DNA of 64,000 nucleotides from Octopus sinensis (lineage: Eukaryota): NCBI RefSeq assembly GCF_006345805.1, contig NC_042997.1, positions 93,000,001 through 93,064,000 on the forward strand, given 5' to 3'. The notes under the pieces were generated by a model. It ran no database searches and was not told the DNA's origin. It was given only the letters and a program-made list of their open reading frames with translations. Below are positions 41,097 to 53,475 of the stretch, piece after piece (within the stretch, counting starts at the first letter, position 1; every line of letters begins with the position of its first letter). The position numbers and the translations under genes are program-made.

Positions 41097-41994
41097 GAAA
41101 AAATAAAGATGAAAAAAGACAAAATTGAATAAATAGAAATAATAAGCACTGTGATTTCGATTTGTTTAACTAAACCCTTAAAGTTAGTGCTTCAGCATGG
41201 CCGTAGTTCAACGACTAGAACAAGCAAAATATAAAAGATATTGTTAATATGTTACTGTAGTTGTTGATGGTATTTTTGTTGTTTAGCCCAAGATTAGCCC
41301 TGACGCGGTAATGTCCAGTTTATATATATTCTTTTCAAACTCCATTACCGAATTTATACTCCGTCTCCTTTAACTCTTTCCTGCTTTTTTTTCTTTTTTT
41401 TTTAAGACTGTAGGATATGATTTGGAAGAGATTTGACTGCTATTTGTTGAAAACTAAGCGATCACGTAGAGTTTCTTACTGGCAATGCCAGCATGGGTTT
41501 ATAACACTGGAAAGGCACTCTGATGAAGATAGAAGGTTCCTTGTTTCAAGTAAGTTTCTCCCTTTTGCCATAATAACTACATTTTATTTCTTATTCCCGT
41601 GCTTAAAAAAATGTTCTTTGTTTGTTTTATCAATATTCACATATTATCCTGCTTCTAGCTTCAGTGTTGCTGCCAGGATTTGAAAAAGGAGCACATTCCA
41701 CCCCACCTAATTTTGTAATTTAGGAGGAAATTTTGAAAAATAAGGGGGAATTCGCGGCGGTGTTCAGCGAACAAACTAAACGCACTACCCGGCAATGGCT
41801 AAAACGCAAACCAATCAAGTTTATGTATAAATTTTCTTTTTATATGTTTGTTTCCATTTGCACAATATTAAAACAACGGCTAAAAATTTCCTGAAGCAGC
41901 ACCCCCACTAATTTTATCTACGAGCCGCTACTGCTCTTGACTCCTTGCTGTGCATTTATTTGATCTTCAGAAGAAGTGGTTGGTGAAATGCCAA

Positions 41995-42262
41995 TCTTGA
42001 AATCTCCAATTTGATTTTTGTGCCTATCCTCATGTATAGTTATGAATGTTGAATAATGATCGAAAGAGTACAACTGCGAATACAAACGGTCGAACTGGGG
42101 TTCCCCCAGAAGATCTCTGGACTAACGTTAATCGACAGGGTGCGTCGTGCAGACACCAGGCAGTCTCTCCAGGTCGAGCTGCCACTTCTCCGCATTGAGA
42201 GGTTAAAGCTCCGGTATTAGGGACATGCGTTTAGAATGTCGTAGAAAAGAATCACGAGACGG
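41995..42262 (+). pseudogene. RTE-clade LINE fragment (C-terminal RT region)
   Basis: ILMYSYEC*IMIERVQLRIQTVELGFPQKISGLTLIDRVRRADTRQSLQVELPLLRIERLKLRY*GHAFRM resembles the RTE pattern R.RIQAAEM.FLR.I.G.T..DR.R...IR..L....L...IE...LRW.GHV.RM. Confidence 0.65.
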
Positions 42263-42630
42263 TATTGGTTTGTTTGCGTCTTTGTAAAGGAACTGTTCAG
42301 CGAAAGAGACCGATAGAATAAGGACACCAGATTGCAATAAGTACTATGGTCGATTTGTTGGACTATGCCCTTTGTGGAAGAGTCTCAGCTTGAGACTGAA
42401 AATGAAACAAGACATATATTAAAAAGTTGCAGATAAAAATTGATGTTGTTTAGCCCAGGGTCAAACTTGTTTGAGCGGACCTACGATCATGCACATTCTA
42501 ACCACGAGTATTCCAACTTGCTTTTATTTAAAACTAGATTTAGTTGTTATTTCTTGTAAGACAAGAGACTCATAGAGGCTCCCCATTTTATCCCGAGATC
42601 AAAACTAGGTCACTTACGATCCTCAGATAC

Positions 42631-42700
42631 GGGATTCATCTCAGTAAAAAAGCATTCGACTGTAGATCTAAGAATTCTCGTTTAAATCCTGAATCTTTAC
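42631..42700 (+). pseudogene. Decayed tRNA-Cys copy (GCA->GTA)
   Basis: gggattcatctcagtaaaaaagcattcgactgtagatctaagaattctcgtttaaatcctgaat is colinear with the tRNA-Cys at 38962; A and B boxes damaged. Confidence 0.6.
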
Positions 42701-42900
42701 TATATTTCGAACCACTCAAACATTTTTAAAACACAATCATCAAGTTAACTATGGTTCAAGGAACTCTCTTATCCTGACACTCGGTTGTATACGCTCTTGG
42801 ACAGAACACGGTCGAATAGCAGTCAATTGTAAATTGAGAAGTTCCAAGTTCAATCCATGTTGTTACATTCATTATAATATTTATTTCTTTGGCTCTTTGT

Positions 42901-43335
42901 GGTTATCGCCACTGTCTGCAATTTTATTCCAATTGTTTTCAAATTTGGCATATGGATCAAGTTTTGTATACTAATTATGAAAATGAAATTCATTTTCCTC
43001 TGAATTCATAAATAAAAAGTTATTAACCTTTAAAATTGAAGCGAGTATTTTATACATCACCGTGAAGTTCTGTTAGCATAGTAAGCAAAGAAGCACCACA
43101 TATTCCATAGCTTTGCATACGACACTCGGTTCTTCCAGGAACCACTACCTTCAGTGACCCGTGGCTAGCTTATAGTCATATCCCAGAAATCGTGGGCTAT
43201 GATTTCAAACATAAAACTGTGAGCCATAGCATTTGAGAGTACATGGGCATCTTTAAAGCGTGGAAACAAACGCCGGTGTGGGACACACCGTTCCATGGTT
43301 GACTCTTATCTTTGTGAATTTATGTGGAGAAAGGG
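42901..43335 (+). mobile_element. Merlin (IS1595/ISXO2-like) transposon relic: putative GG terminus plus transposase fragment
   Basis: [35 protein letters not shown] (deletion/frameshift) [34 protein letters not shown] at 43126-43333; upstream GGTTATCGCCACTG end also seen at 23877. Confidence 0.8.
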
Positions 43336-43643
43336 ATATGAGAGAAAGATAATTTATTTTATAAAATCCTAGAGTGTATTGAAAACTTTCCTTCTTCGAA
43401 TTTTTTTAACTAATAAATATCCGTTCTAGGCAATGTTCTGATTGTTATTTCTAGCAACTCCTGTTGGTTTGCTAGTAGCTTATAAATATTTAATTTGCTC
43501 GTTAACTGTTGCAATGCTTTTCACTGTTTTCACAGTTTACTTTGCTCGTGTATATTTTAATGTTTTGACTCTTATAAAAAAAGATAAAATGAATTAGAAA
43601 ACGTATGTGGACATTACATGGTAGAAGAACCATTTATACCATC

Positions 43644-43674
<31 letters not shown>

Positions 43675-43933
43675 CGTTACACACACTGTTAAACTCACTA
43701 GTTATTCATTTTTGAGGTGACATCTTCGTCGCATTACCATGATATTACAATGGAAGGCAAGGTTTACAATATCGGGTGAATATCGCCTTCTCCCATTAAA
43801 TATTGTTCTTCGTGTAGTTCAGGCTCCAGAACTCTTTAAGTACAAATGCAATTTATAACCGGTTTATTTACAAGTTTCACAGAATAGGTGAAGTGTGTTG
43901 TTCTCAGCATGCCATTTCAAGTTGTGTGCGTTT

Positions 43934-44220
43934 CGTTGTATCGCCGTTAACGTGGGACCCATTGCCTCTGGAGATACAACATGCAGACAGGACTAGCTGG
44001 GAGATCCAGCCAGTGAAGTGTGCTCAGCAAGCGCTTGTGGTGAAAATAGAATAAATCTGTTTTTGTTGGGCCTTTATATCCAGTTTGCCATCGCGTGCCT
44101 CGTTGTGATCTCGCGTATGGCAAATAGATGCAGGTGAGGTCTCGCTCCAGTCTCGGAGATGGCAATGGCTGCCGCGAGATCTCATCCAATATGGCGCTGA
44201 CTGCTTGTGCCGCTACAACA
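43934..44220 (-). mobile_element. Possible short solo LTR
   Basis: TGTTGTAGCG start with imperfect inverted end CGATACAACG, internal TATAAA; no TSD found. Confidence 0.35.
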
Positions 44221-44715
44221 TTATCAGCGACACAGTACTACAGTGACCGTTTGAAATTTGATAGCAAATTGTTATAGGCCTAATAGTTGTCTATTCTTGC
44301 TGAACTTATGGTCATACGGGTACGTTGTATACGTGTTAATTGATTTAGACCACTTGACATTGGAAGTCATTAGACGCTACTAGGTTCTGTTCTCTTCCTC
44401 CCCGCCACCTCCACTTATTTTTTCTTTTCCTCTCATTCATTTTTCGTTTCCGCTTCACATGTCATGATCATTAGCTTAAAGTTATTTATGAATACTTCGT
44501 TCACAATGTATAAATGAAAGGATTTGGGGTACATTTTGTGAAACAGATATTTGCAACATAGATTAAATTGTATTTTAACCGCATGAAATAAAAAGAGATG
44601 GAGTAGGGCGAGGGCCAAAGCCAATCGATAAAAATCTCACTTAAGCGTGTCGATCCGTATAAATTCACAATTTTCTTTATACACATACGCGTATACATAC
44701 ACCGCCATATGAGTA

Positions 44716-45153
44716 CAGGGTGGGCTAAAAGTAGGTATACACTTTTTAAATTAACTTGTTTATTTTTTTACAGGTACCATAAATAATGGCAAATAATTTG
44801 AGTCAAGAGCAAAGAAAGTGGATTCCAAAGCATTATTGGAAAACTAGAAATGCCGACCAGGTGCGTACAGCACAGAGAGAAGCATTTGGCACTTCACCAA
44901 CACGACTGACAATTTATCGTATAAGAGAAAAACTTTTTTGAAGGATTCAGTGGTTAATGCACCGAAATCTGGACGTCCTAGGATGTCAATGAGTGAAGAA
45001 AATGAGATGAGAGTCGCTTTAACAATTGTAAATAGCTCCAAAAATCCTCACACCGTTCATCTCAGGAGCTATCCTTACCGTGAACGTAATAAATAAATGT
45101 AAATGTAATAAAAAATAAAAATAAAAGTGCATTCCTACTTTTGGCCCACCCTG
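44716..45153 (+). mobile_element. Internally deleted Tc1/mariner element retaining the N-terminal HTH
   Basis: TA|CAGGGTGGGCTAAAAGTAGG ... CCTACTTTTGGCCCACCCTG|TA; from 44786 MANNLSQEQRKWIPKHYWKT...(frameshift)..DSVVNAPKSGRPR. Confidence 0.85.
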
Positions 45154-46605
45154 TATATACAAAAACATACGTACATTTCTACATGTACATACAGGCAGAT
45201 AGGCGCGCATACATATTTAAAAATAAAAAGTTGACTGTGAGTTCGAAGTTTCACCTCAGTTGCCGTCAGCACACTAAAATTATTTTGCTTTCCAAACCTT
45301 TTATGTGTTTCTTGGAGTGGGGAGCATAGTGGTTGTAAAGTAAGTGATAGCATAATTTAGTGACGAATAAAGAAACAGCTTTATAGATTGGATTGTTTAA
45401 ATGCGTGATCATAAATAGCTGTGAGAAAAAAAAGGTAGGGTGTGTTCTACTTGGGTAGGTGTCAATAGCTTTGTTCAAGTTATGTAGTTGCTGCATACTT
45501 TTAATAGTTTTGTATGAGAAAAAGGATAAAAAAACAAGTTATGTAATTTGCACTGAAAGGTTGTACTTAAGCATATCATCGACTGAGCGATGGGGTTTAT
45601 ATTTTAAATATAGGTTTTGAAATTGAAGTGAGTCCAATAATTATTGTTTATATAGCACCGTTAGCGGATGAACATGAGTACAGCTACAAATTATATATAC
45701 AGCTTGGCAAATTTTTGTACAGATCTCTCTCTCTCTCTTTCCTCTCTCTCTCTCACTTTCTCTCCCCCCCTCTTTCTCTCTCTATATATATATGTTGGAT
45801 CTTGCAGGCATGAAGTGGATTCGATCCACCATAGTCAAATTTAAATTAACAGTTCAACAGAACTTTTCTCACGGTGGAATAATGGGTTTTCTCTGACAGC
45901 AGTTTTACATTTACCAGATTGCCTTTAGCTAGGCCGAAATAATGTCTTCCCCACTTGACCCTTATAACCTCTTCTACTTCACCAAAAGCTAGAATAGAGA
46001 TATCACAGTGCCACCAACGAAGCCCATTGTTCTCAACAATATGTCTCTCCTTCTGGATAGTTATAAAAGCATAAACCCCAAACAAAAAGATAGTTCAGTC
46101 ACTTGGTGACGACTCAGTCACTTAGTCATTCGGTGACAACTCAGTGAGGACGAAGTCTGGCTGACAAGCTCGAACCTTGTTCAGAGGGAGAAATGAAGTA
46201 TACAGTCAGCAACTGTGAGACAACGTCCCACAACCCTACAACTCTCACTAGCTCTAATTCTGTTCTCTTACATAATTTTATCGCTCTCTGTAATTACTAC
46301 TAAACAATGAAGAGAACACAAACACAAACTTTACTTCGCATGCTTTACGATTTTTATCATAACCTGCCCGTCGAGGCAAGGTATTGTAGCGTAACGGTGA
46401 ATAAATATTTCCTTAAAATTTTATGCATTGTTCATCTTTCACACCCTACAATACGCTGTTATAACAACAATTTTTTATCGTTACAACTGCTGACTCCAAC
46501 ATTTACAGTTCATAATATTGTGTACTAATCAACCTCAACCGTTACAATTGGTAACTACACTAATTAAAACCTAACCGTTACACACACACACACACACACA
46601 TATAC

Positions 46606-46640
<35 letters not shown>

Positions 46641-46698
46641 GTGTGTGTGTGTGTGTGTGTGTGTGTAGTAATGTATGCGTTTCACTCCATATGTATTA

Positions 46699-46750
46699 CA
46701 CGCGCTACGAATAGTTTCACGTATATGACAAGTACGTTCATCAGGCGCTG
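46699..46750 (-). ncRNA. Minimal type-I hammerhead ribozyme motif, canonical core
   Basis: CAGCGC-CUGAUGA-ACGUA(cuugucaua)UACGU-GAAAC-UAUUC-GUA^-GCGCGUG; predicted cleavage between 46706 and 46705. Confidence 0.7.
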
Positions 46751-46767
46751 TTTCATAGAATAATTAG

Positions 46768-46818
46768 CCCCCCTGATGAACGTCCGTGTCATGTACATGA
46801 AACTATTAGTAGCGCGTG
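46768..46818 (+). ncRNA. Second, partly decayed hammerhead motif
   Basis: CUGAUGA (46773-46779), GAAAC (46799-46803) and GUA (46809-46811) intact; stems I and II mismatched. Confidence 0.45.
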
Positions 46819-47143
46819 TAATACATGTGGAGTGAAACGCATACATTAATATCGGACTCTCATTAGATAGAGTACTGTTCTTGTTGACCTTTTTATGCAG
46901 ATCAATTTACTATATATATATATATATATATATTCTTTTCTACTCAAGGCACAAGGTCTGAAATCTTTGGGGAAGAGGCCAGTCGATTAGATCGACCCCA
47001 GTACGCAACTGGTACTTAATTTATCGACCCCGAAAGGATGAAAGGCAAAGTCGACCTGGGTGAAATTTGAACTCAGAACATAAAGACAGACGAAATACCT
47101 CTAAGCATTTCGACCGGCGTGCTAACGTGTCTGCCAGCTCGCC

Positions 47144-47174
<31 letters not shown>

Positions 47175-47184
47175 CATACATACA

Positions 47185-47245
<61 letters not shown>

Positions 47246-47856
47246 GTGTGTGTGTGCGTGTGTATATATAAATACATACCTACATATATATATACATGCA
47301 TATATGGGTACAGGATGTCACCAACGGTGCAAATAACATGAAATACGTAAATAAACGTGTTAAATACGTAAACAACGAGAAAAATGGAAAACAGGACAAG
47401 TAAATACAGAGAAAGGACCCTTCATCAGCTGTCTATCTACTCCTTATTTCGAGCATTCAACAACAAGAAACGGTGGAGAGTAAACTCACATGCACACACA
47501 CACGTGCGTGTTTGTGTTTTATATATATGTAAATACACGACGGGCATCTTTCAGTTTCCGTCTTCCAAAACCACTCGCAATCCTCTGGCCGACCAGGTCA
47601 CCATGGTAGACATCACTTGCCTACGGTACCACGCTGAGAGACTGAACCCAAGACCACAAGCCTGGCAAGCAAACTTTTTATCCATACACCTACCGGAAAA
47701 TAAAATACTGAATGTTTCTGCCCGTTTTGATATTAGTACATTAGTAGCACATCTCTCTTCACCCTTACATAACATATTCATTTCAGTAGTTTCCAGCACA
47801 ATAGATTCTCTCTCTTAATAACTAATGACTTCGACTAGGTTTTCTATTAGTGAGTA

Positions 47857-48352
47857 CAGTGATCCCTCGCTACTTCGCGGTTCAACTATCGCGGATTCAC
47901 GACTTCGCGGATTTTAAAAATATGTATATATGAATGCCTAAAATGTTTCATTAAATCCTTTAAAATATTAATAATAAATATTATTTCCTAGTCTAGGAAC
48001 AACAAAACAAGTGCAAAATAGCAAAAAAGCATATACAGGTGTATTTGAACTTAAGACGGGCTGTGATTGGTGCAATGGAGAGAGACGACGAATCACAGCT
48101 TTCTATTTTGTAATCTGGCCTGTGTAACAGTAACAATCTTTATTTTTTAAATCTAAAGTGTTATTGCTTAACAGTTGTCCTTGTTATTAATAGACTACTG
48201 TTATGGGTGGGTTGTTAACAGTACAGGAAGGGTTTTAAAAGTCCAAATACACGTTAAATAAGTACTGTAAATATGGTGTCCCTACTTCGCGGAAATTCAA
48301 TTATCGCGGCCGGTCTCGAAACCAATCTACCGCGATAAACGAGGGATCACTG
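47857..48352. mobile_element. pogo/Tigger-type MITE
   Basis: TA|CAGTGATCCCTCG ... CGAGGGATCACTG|TA with subterminal tcgcgg repeats. Confidence 0.88.
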
Positions 48353-49119
48353 TATACAGTATTCACTAGAATACCGTTGGCAGTTACATTTTCTATCCAT
48401 AACTTATGTCCCCCTATAAATATGTTATATTGGAGTGTTTAGGAGGTTAGTTAAATAACATGTGCACTATCATGGATGGAATTTGCTACGTACTGAGTTC
48501 ATATAATGTGCTCATCAGCCGTAGGTGAGGGATTTTTTTGACGACAGATATAGACAAGTTTAGACGACAAATTTAGAAGAAAAGGGAATATAACAGTTTT
48601 TGTATATTCTTTTAGATGGTTAAAATGGTTAGTCAACGATGCAATTGATACAGTTCCGACACACAATCTCAAGTAAAATAACTTAAAATTACAACTAACA
48701 TCACCGTTGCAGGTTCTTCATATTTAAAACCAAGCCCTTAAGTTCGCATGACAGAATAAGTGATATTAAGGAGATTCGAAGTGGTCGGTTCACTTGCGAG
48801 AAATAGAAGGCAAATACACTCACGCACATATTTATCGTAAAATCCATCATAAGGAAAATAAAATGTCAAACTAAATTTTAAAAAGTTTTTCTGCACACAT
48901 CCGTATTTACGATATAATAGATCATAAAATGAAATGTATTAGAAAGAAAATGTCATAGTTCAAGTATTTTGTTTTTACACATAAGATAAGGAAGTAATCG
49001 TATTTGGGAAATAATATTTCTTGGCGGGTCAAAACTACACCTATTACACAATATAAAATAATCAACTATGTGACTAGCAAAGCTAAGCAAATTATAGTCT
49101 ATATTGCATCACACAAAAA

Positions 49120-50252
49120 AAGGCCCCTGAGAAAGTTATAGGTGAGGAAAGGAAGTTTGACAGAAGTATCTGTCCTCAGACGTGTAATTAAACATTTTGT
49201 GTAATATATTTGTAATAAATTAAAATTACTGCTTGGTTTGTGTTAGTTTCTTATTTCAGCAATGCCTTTAATGAGAAAAACATCTCAAATATCAACCAGA
49301 ATTGTTAGAAGAAGGCTTGTAAAGTATGGTCTAAAAGGCCATAAAGCCAGGAAGACGCCATGGGTTTCTGAAGCGAATATGGACAAACGTCTTCAGTGGG
49401 CCAAAAACCACTTAAATTGGACCAGTGAGCAATGGTCGAAAGTCACATGGACTGAAGACAGTAACTATGAGGTAAGATAGTACATGTATTCAATCAACTT
49501 ATAAACTTAATGTAACTGGTTTGTTGCTTAAAATATATATAAAAAAAGTAACCACATAAAGGTAGTATTATTTCTATGTTTTTACTCAGGTTTTCAGTAC
49601 ATCTGGTGCAACTTTCGTGCGTCGCAGAGTTGGGGGAGCATTTAAGGCTGAATGTCTGGTACCAACCGTAAAACATGGGGGTGATTCTATCATGGTGTGA
49701 GTCTGCATGTCTGCCACAGGACCTGGAGAATTGTTTTTATGTCAAGGAATGATGAATTCAGCTACCTCCGTTTCTATGTTATCGGATGTTTTAGAGTCAT
49801 CAGTTGCTAAATTGCATTCAGAAGTATCGAAAAACAGTGTTATTTTTCAACAGAACAATTCTCCATGTCACACAGTAAAGGGCACTCGTCAATGGCTTGA
49901 GATACAGAGTATTGTTCCCATGGACTGGCCAGCTCAAAGTCCCAATCTAATTGAACACCTATGGACAGCACTTGGTGAAGCTTCCAGGGACACAATTAAA
50001 AATAAAGAGCATTTGTACCAAAAGTTGATAGAAGAATGGAATAAAATTGTGCCTAGCACCTGCAATTAACTAGTTGATTCAATGCCTAATTGTATAAAAG
50101 CGGTAACTGATGCTAAAGGAGGGTCAACTAGATATTAAAACTATTGTATGTTGTGAAATAAACCATAATCTACCATGTGCACGAGTTTCATTAACATTGA
50201 GATTGCAGAACCCCAAAACATTGGGGTGGCCTAATACTTTTGGCCAAGGCTG
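49120..50252 (+). mobile_element. Tc1-family transposon relic with spliceosomal intron(s); right TIR present, left end missing
   Basis: ISTRIVRRRL..GLKGHKARKTP, WTEDSNYE|VF, PTVKHGGDSIMV*, QQNNSPCHT, WPAQSPNLIEHLW; end GGGGTGGCCTAATACTTTTGGCCAAGGCTG|TA; intron 49472-49589. Confidence 0.88.
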
Positions 50253-51460
50253 TATTCCTCTTACATATTCACACTCTTATTGCAGCGGTCCTTCAGTTTT
50301 TCTAAGCCCTGTAAAAGAACTCGGAAGGCTGGGCCTCCAACTTTTGCGACACCCTTAGAAGCCAGGAATTTTTCAGCGCCTCATCGTGCATACATACATA
50401 CATACATACATACATACATACATACATACACACACACACAATGGGATTCCACATAGTTTCAGTCAAGGAAATTCGCTCACAAGACATTGGTTAACCTGGG
50501 GTTATAATAGAAGACATTTTCCCAAGGTGTCACACAATGGGACTGAGCCCGAAACCACGTTGTTTCAAAGTGAGTTTCTTAACCACACAGCCATGTCTGC
50601 ACCTGTAAGAGAGAAAAATGAACTGATGGACATAAAATGCATTTGTGTCAGCTCACACGCACGGTAAATAAATGCCTCGACATAATAGTCTCGGGCCCTG
50701 AGATACATAAGGCTGTTTACCTAGTTTTTGCGACATCACTGGCTCGGGATCGAAATTTATTTAGGAGGAGCAAGCCCAGGTCCTATTTTTTTTTTTACGA
50801 GCAAGCTCTTTTTTCATTTATCTTTGTTTTTTTTGTTCATTGTGAAGAAACCTAACTTATTTACAGATCATATTTACGCACTGTTTTCTAAACTTAACAA
50901 AAGTAAGTAGGGGTGCAAATTTTGGTTTTGCACTCCTCCCAAAATTCTAGGAGTTGCGCTTGCATTCTCTGCACCCCCTGTTCCCGGGAAAGAAATTTTA
51001 GGTGCGCTTCCACCCTCTGCAACTCTGTTCCTTAGCAAGAAATGTTAGGTGGTGTGCTTGCACCTCCTGTTTTCGGGCCCATGTATGGCGTATAAATAAC
51101 CGAGATTACCACACCCTCACCTCCTTGAACATGATGCCAGTCCGTCGTTGGGTTCTCATTTACAGTTGAATGGTAATCGATACCACGCTCTTAAGATCGT
51201 GAGTGCAACACCTCAATCACTGGTTCACGTGCATTCAGCAAACGGATCACATTGAGGTTTATTTAAGAAAAAAACAACAATAACTACTCAGAAGCCAACA
51301 CAGTCATAATGTCTGAAAGAATAATAGGAAGTGGGTGGAATGAAAACAGGACAAGCAATGTGAAAAAATATGTAGTCAATAGAAATATTTCAAGTTAACC
51401 GACGGCCTACTTATAGTTAGTTAATAAATATCTATAGAAAACACTCGGTCTTCGGCATCT

Positions 51461-51533
51461 GCCTCCATAGCTCAGTGGTTAGAGCACTGGTCTTGTAAAC
51501 CAGGGGTCGTGAGTTCGATCCTCACTGGGGGCT
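51461..51533 (+). tRNA. trnT-TGT: tRNA-Thr (anticodon TGT)
   Basis: GCCTCCATAGCTCAGTGGTTAGAGCACTGGTCTTGTAAACCAGGGGTCGTGAGTTCGATCCTCACTGGGGGCT; intact cloverleaf, poly-T downstream. Confidence 0.97.
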
Positions 51534-53475
51534 GGATTGAACCTTCGTTTTTTTTTTCATTTTTGTTTCTACGTTGATACAGGAAATTTCCTAGTAGGAG
51601 TAACATTTAATATATTGAACAAAATGATAAAGCTTCACGTCTCTTGTTAAGAAGCAAATTATTTATATCCCATTTCTTAAACATGTTTTTTTTCATGCAT
51701 TGGACAGCGGCTATCCTAGAGCACCGCCTTGGAAGTGAACCAGCATGGCTGCTGGGTTTTATTCGAACGAATTGATTCCAACTACTTACTTTTATAGCAT
51801 GGTACTTATTCTCTTGATCCCTTATGCCGAACTGGTGGGGGACAAACACACACATTCACACTTGTGTGTGTGTACACAACGAGTTTTTTTCGGTTTTCGT
51901 CTGTCAAATCCACTCACAAAGCTTTAGTCAACCCCGAGCTAGAGTAGAACCCATTCAGGTTGACATGTAGTGGGTCAGAACTCGGAATCATATGGCTGGA
52001 AGGTAAACATCTTAACACACAGCCACGTTTGGCACCCTTCGAGAATCCACGTGTCATCTTTGATCAAAAGAAAGGGAAAAATTTAATGAAATTATCATTG
52101 ATTTAAAAATTGAATAGCAGGCATATAGTGTGTCTTCAAGATTTCCGATTGACTGAGAATATATTAGGCAATTTAGAATAACGATATGGCAAAATTTCTC
52201 TGGAAAGCTTTACGCAAGGACAACATATAGCTCTAAATCAATACTAACATAATTTAGTGAGTAAAATAATTTCTTATAAGAGTCTAATACTCGTAATAAA
52301 AGGAAAACTCATTACCGTTAGTTATAATTCTTTATAAAAGCAGGGAGAAAAACACTAAAATTAAAATTTTAATTAGGTTGTACCTTACTAAATGCTTTCC
52401 CTGACTTTAACAGTTATCTGGGTTGAGCGGCTGGCTCGGACCAGTCTACCTCTTCAAAGCCAGACGTCCTGATCGAGCGGTGGAGACATGAATGTCTGGC
52501 TTAGGTTTTAGACACAATAGTTTTTCCTTAGCTGAAATATCTAATCTGCTCATGCTACCACTAAAGATGATAGCAGTAGTTCGCTTTCTTAACTGGTTGG
52601 TCTTGGCCGGTAACAGTTTGTTTTCTGTTCATCCGCTCAGTATCTAGTGGATATTCGCACATCCACCATGGTGCAACCCCTGATTTTAACGTACCCTAAC
52701 TCGAACGTTTACATGCTATTTAACCCACAGTCTGGACCCTGACAGATGCTACTAATCTGGTCATAGTAGATCTTGGAACAACAGTAGGAAAGAGGTTATT
52801 CTACACTTCTCCGAATCCTGGAACTCCCGAACCAGGGTCCCACAACCCAGGACTTTATAAGTTATGATTTACACTAATGATTTTCCTCTTCATTAAAAGT
52901 GTATTTTTAATTGATAGCATTTTTCTGGCTCAATATATAAGTATTTAAATAGATTAATTTAAAGAAATTTACATAAGATAATCCTTCTTTTTGCTTAGAG
53001 AATTTAATAACAAATTTACCAATCAACTCTAAGTTATCCAAGTTCTTAGAGACTCAAATTGAAACACCTTGATACCCGGGGATGACTAGTTGTGTCAAAA
53101 CTAGAAAAAGGACCTTTGTATAGTCGCTTGGTCTGCTAAAGATAGCGGCCAAAACTCGCCCTCGATCTACACCCTGCGACTTTGAAAAGCGAAAGACACA
53201 TTGAAAATGTATCAAAGAAGGTCGCGATAATTATGGCTGGATCACTTTTGATTAGAGGTGTGCCGTTTAGTCCTCTGGTCCGCTCTGTTGTTCGGATTTC
53301 TGAATTCCTGAAAAATAGTCATCATATATAATGGAATATTGTCAGCCAAATCTAATTTCGTATTATCCACCCCATTTTGGCCCGGAACTTCTCATCCTCC
53401 ACATTGATTTACGAGTAGGAACTTCAGATTCCCGAGAAAGTACGAATTAATATGAAGTTCAACTTGATAAAATTC

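Larger units (their letters stand above)
46669..46848. repeat. 180-bp palindrome with 77-nt arms (6 mismatches), each arm carrying a hammerhead core
   Basis: Arms 46669-46745 and 46772-46848 are reverse complements. Confidence 0.95.

Noticed and set aside
46110-46165. tgacga...gaggacgaag hammerhead-like string
   Set aside because: The core lacks C3 and GAAA, and stems I and III cannot be formed
47410-47460. CUGAUGA on the minus strand in a repeat
   Set aside because: No stem II followed by GAAA in a valid hammerhead topology
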